Positions 18,370 to 24,000 of a stretch of 24,000 bases of DNA are shown one piece after another. The notes beneath the pieces were generated by a model. It saw nothing but the letters and a program-made list of their open reading frames with translations. It did no database searches and was not told the origin of the DNA. The translations under genes and the position numbers were made by a program. This DNA comes from Prevotellaceae bacterium (GTDB lineage Bacteria; Bacteroidota; Bacteroidia; Bacteroidales; UBA932), in NCBI GenBank assembly GCA_031279475.1, contig JAITIL010000070.1:653-24652 (forward strand), in the 5' to 3' direction. The stretch's first letter is position 1, and every line of letters starts with the position of its first letter.

Positions 18370-19659
18370 ATGAAAACTTATTTTAACACATTAGTCCCCC
18401 CTTTGGATATTGCAAACGAATTGGGTTTATCGTTAGATACGGTATGGATGTTGTTGGCAGCCATGCTCGTATTTTTTATGCAACCGGGTTTTGCACTTGT
18501 AGAAGCAGGTTTTACAAGAACAAAAAATACAGCCAATATATTAATGAAGAATTTTTTGGATTTCATGTTGGGGTCATTATTGTTCTTCTTTGTGGGCTAC
18601 GGCATTATGTTCGGCGAAGGCGGTTTCATCGGAATACCTAATTTTTTCAGTCTGGACGTCAATCCAACCGACTTGCCGGTTGAAGGTTTCCTAATCTTCC
18701 AAACCGTGTTCTGTGCTACGGCGGCGACTATTGTGTCGGGCGCCATGGCCGAAAGAACTAAATTCCACATGTATCTGATTTATACAGTTTGTATCAGCGT
18801 ATTTATCTATCCGGTGTCCGGACACTGGACCTGGGGCGGCGGCTGGTTGATGAACGGCGATGAAGGAAGTTTTATGATGAATACCTTCGGAGCGGCATTT
18901 CATGATTTTGCAGGCTCAACCATCGTACATTCCGTAGGCGGCTGGGTAGCTTTGGTCGGCGCATGGATATTAGGCCCGCGTATCGGTAAATACGGCAAAG
19001 AGGGCAAGTCGAAAGCCATCCCCGGGCACAATTTGACGATAGCGTCCCTGGGCGTATTTATTTTATGGTTTGGATGGTTTGGATTCAACCCCGGCTCACA
19101 ACTGGCGGCTTCGGGTGAAGAGAACCGGACGGCAATTTCCCATGTATTCCTGACGACCAACCTGGCGGCTTGTGCGGGTGGTTTCTTCGCTTTGATTACG
19201 GCTTGGTGGAAATACAAAAAACCGTCCCTGTCGCTTTCTTTGAACGGTGTTTTGGCGGGATTGGTCGGTATTACGGCTGGCTGCGACGCCGTATCGCCTA
19301 TAGGAGCCATCATTATCGGTCTCGTTTGCGGCGCTGCCATGGTATTTTCTGTCGAATTTATCGACCGCGTCCTGAAAATTGACGATCCCGTCGGCGCTGC
19401 TTCCGTACATGGCGTCTGCGGTTTTATCGGAACGGTTATGACCGGCTTATTGGCTACCGATGGCGGTCTGTTCTACGGTTACGGTGCAGGATTTACGCTT
19501 GCCCAGTTGACTGGAGCCGTCACTGTTGGACTTTGGGCTTCCGTTGCGGGATATGTGATATTCAAATTGCTGGATGTGGTGTTTGGTCTCCGTATTTCGA
19601 AACGTGTGGAAGAAGAAGGCCTGGATATTTATGAACACGGGGAAACCGCGTATAACTAA
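18370..19659 (+). CDS. amtB: Ammonium transporter (Amt family)
   Basis: 429-aa polytopic membrane protein. Amt signatures are present: FMQPGFALVEAGFTRTKN, AFHDFAGSTIVHSVGGWVALVGAWILGPRIGKY, LWFGWFGFNPGS and DDPVGAASVHGVCGFIGT. Confidence 0.92.
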   Translation: MKTYFNTLVPPLDIANELGLSLDTVWMLLAAMLVFFMQPGFALVEAGFTRTKNTANILMKNFLDFMLGSLLFFFVGYGIMFGEGGFIGIPNFFSLDVNPTDLPVEGFLIFQTVFCATAATIVSGAMAERTKFHMYLIYTVCISVFIYPVSGHWTWGGGWLMNGDEGSFMMNTFGAAFHDFAGSTIVHSVGGWVALVGAWILGPRIGKYGKEGKSKAIPGHNLTIASLGVFILWFGWFGFNPGSQLAASGEENRTAISHVFLTTNLAACAGGFFALITAWWKYKKPSLSLSLNGVLAGLVGITAGCDAVSPIGAIIIGLVCGAAMVFSVEFIDRVLKIDDPVGAASVHGVCGFIGTVMTGLLATDGGLFYGYGAGFTLAQLTGAVTVGLWASVAGYVIFKLLDVVFGLRISKRVEEEGLDIYEHGETAYN

Positions 19660-19704
19660 AGTTTATTTATGCCGTTTGAACTTATTAATTAAAAAAATAT
19701 TAAA

Positions 19705-20397
19705 ATGAAAAAGTTAATTTTTGTATTAGCGGTTCTGGTTGGAGCCGGCAGTGTTAAAGCCCAGGACAAAGGTTTGAATTTTTCGCTGGGAGCGGACTTG
19801 GTTAGTTCGTATGTGTGGCGGGGCACGTATCAAACAAAAACCGCTTTTCAGCCCACAGCGGGTTTAAGCTTAGGCAATTTTTCATTATCGGCATGGGCGA
19901 GCACGGAGTTTACCGGACCACAGAAAGAAGTCGATTTCACTGTGGGGTATAGCGTTGCCGGCTTGTCGCTGGCTATCACAGATTACTGGTGGTCGGGCGA
20001 ACAAGCTTATAAATATTTGAAATACGATAGCGGAACGGCGCATTATTGGGAGGGAAGCCTGAGTTATGTCTTGCCCGTGAAGTCTTTTCCATTGAGTCTT
20101 AGCATAAACACCATGTTTGCCGGGGCCGACAAGAAAGAGGGGGGAAACAAAAATAATTTTTCTACTTACATCGAAGTTTCTTTACCATTTACAATTAAAG
20201 AGGTCGACTTAAATGTGGGTCTTGGCGCCACGCCGGAAAAAGGACTTTACGCCTCACAAGCGTCTGTGGTCAATATCAACTTGAAAGCAAGTAAAGAAAT
20301 TAAAATTACGGACAGTTTTTCTTTGCCGGTTTTTGGACAGATAATCCTTAATCCTAATCAGGAGGATATCTTTTTTGTATTCGGATTTAGTTTATAG
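19705..20397 (+). CDS. Small outer-membrane beta-barrel protein (TorF/Gcw_chp-like putative porin)
   Basis: 230 aa with a signal peptide (MKKLIFVLAVLVGAGSVKAQ). The family-like N-terminal block is LGADLVSSYVWRGTYQTKTAFQPTAGLSLGNFSLSAWAS. It has an alternating beta-strand pattern and a terminal aromatic-rich strand (FFVFGFSL). Porins of this type commonly follow amtB. Confidence 0.7.
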   Translation: MKKLIFVLAVLVGAGSVKAQDKGLNFSLGADLVSSYVWRGTYQTKTAFQPTAGLSLGNFSLSAWASTEFTGPQKEVDFTVGYSVAGLSLAITDYWWSGEQAYKYLKYDSGTAHYWEGSLSYVLPVKSFPLSLSINTMFAGADKKEGGNKNNFSTYIEVSLPFTIKEVDLNVGLGATPEKGLYASQASVVNINLKASKEIKITDSFSLPVFGQIILNPNQEDIFFVFGFSL

Positions 20398-20464
20398 ATG
20401 AGGAATTATAGCGTCATATTGATGCTTATCCTATGTCTTACCAAGCATTTTGGCATATATTACC

Positions 20465-20881
20465 TTATGCAGATATTTCTTCTAATTCTTCTAAAGTTCC
20501 TTTAAAAAATTGGGCAGGAATTATTAATGTTCCTATTATCCCCGCATTAGCAGTTAGTGTTGTAATAAATGAGCGAATATAAGGAAACATAATAGCGGGA
20601 GCGTTTGCATTAACAAATTTTTTCTTCAATTCGTCGGATAATTCATCATTTAGTTCAAAGTGCCCAATAGCGCGTAGTCTTAAAGTAAAATAGCGCTCAT
20701 CTTTTAGTTCTATTTCCGTTACAACCTTAAATAGATATTTATTATCTTTTGGATAAAACACTCGTGGAGTGCTATCGATTTTTATATCCATCTTGTCTTC
20801 CGGAGTTGTTATAGCATGAAAATCGACATCTAAAATATCAACCCCATGGAATGTTAATTTTGTTTGGTGAGATACTTCCAT
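20465..20881 (-). CDS. SecB-like chaperone (third gene of the cassette)
   Basis: 138 aa. It is collinear with E. coli SecB as I recall it. LTFHGVDILDVDFHA corresponds to FQIQRIYTKDISFEA. NANAPAIMFPYIRSFITTLTANAGIIGTLIIPAQFF corresponds to [37 protein letters not shown]. It has an acidic C-terminal tail (LEELEEISA). Its ATG (20881..20879) overlaps the upstream stop codon by 1 nt (TAATG). Confidence 0.75.
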   Translation of the reverse strand: MEVSHQTKLTFHGVDILDVDFHAITTPEDKMDIKIDSTPRVFYPKDNKYLFKVVTEIELKDERYFTLRLRAIGHFELNDELSDELKKKFVNANAPAIMFPYIRSFITTLTANAGIIGTLIIPAQFFKGTLEELEEISA

Positions 20882-21117
20882 TATGCTGCTAATTGGTAGT
20901 CATTGGGGATATCACAGGTTTCTACAGTAGTCAAAACACTATTGGTGTTTTGCTTAAAAATAATTGATGTTGGGGCGAGCGCTTCAAAATAGCCATCGCC
21001 TAAAAATGCTGATAAATTTCTATCCCGTTGATTTAATAACCATTCCGTTAAACTTTCTGTAGTTTCGCTTGCAAGGGCTTCGTCTATGCTTTGTTCAAGT
21101 TTGTGTAAATCTAACAT
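20881..21117 (-). CDS. Small strongly acidic protein (78 aa), candidate chaperone-dependent antitoxin
   Basis: MLDLHKLEQSIDEALASETTESLTEWLLNQRDRNLSAFLGDGYFEALAPTSIIFKQNTNSVLTTVETCDIPNDYQLAA. I count about 13 D/E against 4 K/R. The N-terminal half looks helical and the C-terminal half is beta-prone and hydrophobic. It starts 16 nt after the upstream gene and its stop overlaps the SecB-like start. No HTH/RHH motif is evident. Confidence 0.6.
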   Translation of the reverse strand: MLDLHKLEQSIDEALASETTESLTEWLLNQRDRNLSAFLGDGYFEALAPTSIIFKQNTNSVLTTVETCDIPNDYQLAA

Positions 21118-21133
21118 AGTTATGTGTTTTTAG

Positions 21134-21619
21134 TTACACCTCATGGGTAGCATGAAGTGCAAAGTTATGAATAATTTTTAATTTATATGCGACTAATTGA
21201 ATGCGTTTACGATAATTAAAATTTATCACCAGTAAATCAGTGCTATGCGGCAAATCCTGAAACATAATGCCATCAGTCAGGTTTTCCCATTTTGCTTTTT
21301 CTTTAAAATACTGATTTATTTCACTTATCGTAGGCTTTATATTTGTTTTTTTTATTATATATTTTGCGGCTTTTTCAATTTGCTTGATCCAAAATTTATA
21401 ATGTTCTTCATTAAATACAGTGTCCAATATATTTTCGCAGCTAATAGTAGCGGAGTAAATTTCAAAATATCCGGTTTTTCTTTTACTATTGCCGCCCCAA
21501 TGGAGGGCATCTATCTCATCATTCCAAAAATAATAACCATCTCCCAACCACGCATCACATTTATTACACATAACAGGAGCGTTCAGTAATCGACTCCTCT
21601 TTTCTTGCGTATGATACAT
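21134..21619 (-). CDS. DUF3990-like protein (162 aa), candidate toxin; possibly ADP-ribosyltransferase-like fold
   Basis: Track ORF 21134..21778 (GTG start). I prefer the ATG at 21619 (MYHTQEKRSRLL...) because a TAnnTTTG box (21652..21659) and the 37-bp element lie inside the longer version. The block order YH(3), LGDGYYFWNDEIDALHWG, GYFEIYS, NEEHYKFWIKQI resembles DUF3990/PF13151 as I remember it (YHGS, FGxGFYxT....A..WA, .E.Y.., ..W..FI). This assignment is from memory and unverified. Confidence 0.55.
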   Translation of the reverse strand: MYHTQEKRSRLLNAPVMCNKCDAWLGDGYYFWNDEIDALHWGGNSKRKTGYFEIYSATISCENILDTVFNEEHYKFWIKQIEKAAKYIIKKTNIKPTISEINQYFKEKAKWENLTDGIMFQDLPHSTDLLVINFNYRKRIQLVAYKLKIIHNFALHATHEV

Positions 21620-21651
21620 TAATCGCCTCAATGTGAAAATAATATAGGTTA

Positions 21652-21659
21652 CAAAAGTA
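21652..21659 (-). promoter_or_regulatory. Candidate -7 promoter box (TACTTTTG on minus strand) for the three-gene cassette
   Basis: The plus strand reads caaaagta, whose reverse complement TACTTTTG fits TAnnTTTG. It lies 33 nt upstream of the ATG at 21619. Confidence 0.35.
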
Positions 21660-21706
21660 GGTAATGACGCCGAAAACGGTTCTAATGCCTTTATTGTTTT
21701 ATATTT

Positions 21707-21743
21707 AATTTTGTCACAAAAATATAGTTTTTTTTCGACAAAA
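21707..21743. repeat. Copy B of the 37-bp repeated element (AATTTTGTCACAAAAATATAGTTTTTTTTCGACAAAA)
   Basis: 34/37 identical to 17771..17807 in the same orientation. It contains the palindrome TTTTGT-C-ACAAAA (21709..21721) and a minus-strand TATTTTTG box (plus coordinates 21717..21724). It lies between the metF stop (21780) and the cassette start (21619). Confidence 0.8.
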
Positions 21744-21779
21744 CAAAACATTGTCGGTGTGTTATAACGGAAAACCACG

Positions 21780-22649
21780 CTATTTCTGCATCAGCGTTTC
21801 AAAGATTTCTACGGTGGCGCGTGATTTATTCAGTGTATAGAAATGCAAGCCCGGCGCGCCCATCAGCAACAGGTCGCGGCATTGTTGAATAGCATAATCC
21901 ATGCCTGTCTGGTAAATTTTCTTCGGATTATTTTCGTACGTTTTTATGCTGTCTTCCAACTCGGGCGGCACAGCGGCGCGGCTCATTTTGGTGGAACGTA
22001 TTAGTTGGCTGTAAGAAGTAACAGGCATAATGCCCGGAATGATGCGGCAAGTAATGCCGGCCTGTTGGCATTGCGCTACGAAATTAAAATAAATCTCGTT
22101 AATAAAAAATAATTGGGTGATTAAAAAGTCGGCGCCGGCCGTTACTTTTTCTTTCAGACGACGGATGTCATCGCCTGTCGATACGGCGTCGGGGTGTTTT
22201 TCGGGGTAAGCGCCGCCGCCGATGCAGAAGTCGAAACCCTGCGCTTTCACGAAAGCAACCAGTTCCGACGCATACTTAAAACCGTCGGCGGGCGGCGCAA
22301 ATGCCGTTGTGCCGGCGGGCGGGTCGCCGCGCAGCAGCATCAGGTTCTCCATGCCCATTTGTTGCAAGGCTTGCAAGTCGTGCAGCGTTTTTTCCCTTGA
22401 GGCGGCGATGCAGGTGTAGTGCGCCATGGTGTTCAACCCGATTTTGTTTTTCAGGTAATCCACCAGCGCAAACGTGCGCTCCTGCGTGGAGCCGCCCGCG
22501 CCGTAAGTCACCGTCACAAACGAGGGGGCAAGTTTCAATAATGTTCCCACGTTGATGCCGAAATCTACAGCCGAAATTTCATCTTTCGGCGGGAAAAATT
22601 CAAACGAATATGTGCGCGGCGTATTTTTAAAAAGTTCGGTAATCTTCAT
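21780..22649 (-). CDS. metF: 5,10-methylenetetrahydrofolate reductase
   Basis: 289 aa. YSFEFFPPKDE, FVTVTYGAGGSTQERT, MAHYTCIAASRE and NLMLLRGDPP are MetF family blocks. Its start codon (22649..22647) lies 1 nt from the upstream peptidase stop codon. Confidence 0.9.
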   Translation of the reverse strand: MKITELFKNTPRTYSFEFFPPKDEISAVDFGINVGTLLKLAPSFVTVTYGAGGSTQERTFALVDYLKNKIGLNTMAHYTCIAASREKTLHDLQALQQMGMENLMLLRGDPPAGTTAFAPPADGFKYASELVAFVKAQGFDFCIGGGAYPEKHPDAVSTGDDIRRLKEKVTAGADFLITQLFFINEIYFNFVAQCQQAGITCRIIPGIMPVTSYSQLIRSTKMSRAAVPPELEDSIKTYENNPKKIYQTGMDYAIQQCRDLLLMGAPGLHFYTLNKSRATVEIFETLMQK

Positions 22650-22650
22650 T

Positions 22651-24000
22651 CTACTTCATCCATTTATCAAGCCAGCGATAGAAAATACGGTGCCACAAAA
22701 TGCTGTTTTGCGGTTTCAATACCCAATGGTTTTCATCAGGAAATAATAACAGTTCGGCCGGCACGTCGTGCAGGCGGGCGGCGGTGAATGCCGCCATAGC
22801 CTGGTCGTAGGGTATGCGGAAATCTTTTTCGCCGTGTGTAATCAAAATAGGCGTATCCCAGCGGTTGGCATATTTATGCGGCGATTCATCGTAGGTGCGT
22901 TGCGCTGTTTTGTTGTGCTTGTCCCACGGTGCGCCGCCGTTGTCCCAATGCGGGAACCACAGTTCTTCGGTAGTCATGTACATGTGTTCCGAGTTGAACA
23001 CGCCAGCGTGGGCAATGAACGCCCTGAAACGTTTATTGTGGTTTCCGGCAAGCCAAAACACCGAATATCCGCCGTAGCTGGCGCCTGTGCAGGCAATGCG
23101 GGCGCCGTCAACAAACGGCTCTTTCTTCATTTCATCGACGGCCGTGAGGTAGTCTTTCATGTTTTGCCCGGTGTAGTCGCCGCTGATTTGCTCTGTCCAT
23201 GCCTGCCCGAAAGCCGTGGTGCCGCGCCGGTTTGGAAGAATTACGATGTAGCCCTGCGCCGCCATCAAGCGGTAGTTCCAACGGTATGACCACCCCTGGC
23301 TGATGGCGCCTTGCGGCCCGCCGAGGCACATCATGATGGCCGGATATTTTTTGCTTGCGTCAAAATCGGGCGGATACACAATCCACGTGTGCATTTGCTT
23401 ATTGTCGGTGGTGGTCATCCAGCGTTGCTCCATGCGGCTTTCCTTCAGCTGGTCGAGGATGTGTTTGTTTTCAAACGTGAGTTGCGTGATGGCGCCGGTG
23501 GCCGGATTTACGGCAATCACCTCGTCGGGCTCCATCATCGAATGGCGGGTGGCGACCAGCTGCTCGCCTGCAAGCGCCGGAGCGCCCACGTCAAAAATGC
23601 CGTCGGTGATTTGCCGGGGCTTTTTCCCGTCGATGGCGATGGCGTAAAGGTGCGTCAGTGCGTTCACACAGGAAGAGAAGTACAGGCCTTTGCTGTCGGG
23701 CGCCCACGTAAAGCCTTCGATGTTGTAGTCGAAGCGTTGCGTCAGGAAAGTCTTCGTTCCTGTTTCGATGTTCATAATGAACAGGCGGTTCAAGTCGGCT
23801 TCGTAGCCGTCGCGTTCCATGCTTGTCCATGCCAGCCACTGGCCGTCGGGCGAAAACTGCGGGCACCTGTCGTAGCCTTTCATCTCTTCGGTGAGGTTTA
23901 CCGTGCGCCTGTCGTCGAGGCGATACAGGTAGACGTCGGAATTGGTAGAAAGCGTGTAGTCCTTGCCTGTTTTTTTGCGGCAGGTGTATGCAATGGCTTT
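22651..24000 (-). CDS. S9-family serine peptidase (prolyl oligopeptidase / acylaminoacyl-peptidase type), C-terminal ~450 aa; N-terminus lies beyond position 24000
   Basis: The frame stays open upstream of the track's first Met (23883) to the window edge (my translation: KAIAYTCRKKTGKDYTLSTNSDVYLYRLDDRRTVNLTEEMKGYD...). Beta-propeller-type repeats are present (FSPDGQWLAW, WAPDSKGLYF). The alpha/beta-hydrolase domain has the nucleophile GASYGGY, the Asp block THGEKDFRIP and the His block PDENHW. Confidence 0.9.
   Translation of the reverse strand, partial: KAIAYTCRKKTGKDYTLSTNSDVYLYRLDDRRTVNLTEEMKGYDRCPQFSPDGQWLAWTSMERDGYEADLNRLFIMNIETGTKTFLTQRFDYNIEGFTWAPDSKGLYFSSCVNALTHLYAIAIDGKKPRQITDGIFDVGAPALAGEQLVATRHSMMEPDEVIAVNPATGAITQLTFENKHILDQLKESRMEQRWMTTTDNKQMHTWIVYPPDFDASKKYPAIMMCLGGPQGAISQGWSYRWNYRLMAAQGYIVILPNRRGTTAFGQAWTEQISGDYTGQNMKDYLTAVDEMKKEPFVDGARIACTGASYGGYSVFWLAGNHNKRFRAFIAHAGVFNSEHMYMTTEELWFPHWDNGGAPWDKHNKTAQRTYDESPHKYANRWDTPILITHGEKDFRIPYDQAMAAFTAARLHDVPAELLLFPDENHWVLKPQNSILWHRIFYRWLDKWMK

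Noticed and set aside
20465-20881. Interpreting the SecB-like gene as the housekeeping export chaperone
   Set aside because: This is not fully excluded, but it is disfavoured. The gene is translationally coupled to a small acidic ORF. It lies in an AT-rich insert and is not near sec or general housekeeping genes.
20415-21670. 7-bp inverted match (GCGTCAT at about 20415 and ATGACGC at about 21664) as possible terminal inverted repeats of the cassette
   Set aside because: It is too short to distinguish from chance in 1.3 kb, and there is no adjacent target-site duplication or transposase.
21620-21778. 53-codon N-terminal extension (GTG start) of the first cassette gene
   Set aside because: The extension is hydrophobic, low-complexity AT-rich sequence. 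It contains the 37-bp repeat and a -7 box, and it abuts the metF stop codon. It is more likely non-coding promoter DNA.
22768-23647. Plus-strand ORFs of 114-173 aa opposite the S9 peptidase, and 22194..22555 opposite metF
   Set aside because: They are GC-rich off-frame shadows. The minus-strand frames carry the catalytic motifs.

Overview
Chromosomal window from a Bacteroidota (Bacteroidales-like) genome. The assignment rests on a SusC-type receptor, a DUF6377-like regulator and TAnnTTTG -7 promoter boxes 20-50 nt upstream of several start codons. Left to right: (1) the head of a polysaccharide utilisation locus on the minus strand: DUF6377-like regulator, secreted esterase and a SusC receptor running off the window, plus a divergent AraC regulator. 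(2) A decayed mannan/glucomannan-type locus at about 5.2-9.0 kb: a 65-aa SusC fragment, a GH5 glycosidase with an in-frame stop and an internal deletion, an intact SGNH esterase, and a GH130 phosphorylase that is frameshifted and deletion-fused to the last ~47 codons of a sugar:cation symporter. A PD-(D/E)XK (Rpn-like) nuclease gene with eight 21-bp tandem repeats sits inside this region. (3) An unrecognisable 465-aa orphan protein and an ABC-F ATPase with a long leader. (4) Housekeeping genes comM/yifB, folA, thyA, a stand-alone TonB-dependent receptor, glnK-amtB-porin, metF and an S9 peptidase. The lead candidate for something new is a very AT-rich three-gene cassette at 20465-21659 (minus strand), wedged between the porin gene and metF. 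It encodes a 162-aa DUF3990-like (possibly ADP-ribosyltransferase-like) protein, a 78-aa strongly acidic protein, and a SecB-like chaperone whose start overlaps the preceding stop (TAATG). This layout matches tripartite toxin-antitoxin-chaperone (TAC) systems, but the toxin candidate belongs to none of the families I know from TACs. A 37-bp element (34/37 identical, containing the palindrome TTTTGTnACAAAA and a -7 box) occurs upstream of both the TonB receptor and this cassette. No rRNA, tRNA, CRISPR array, transposase or integrase was seen. All homology statements come from motif recognition by eye, not database searches.
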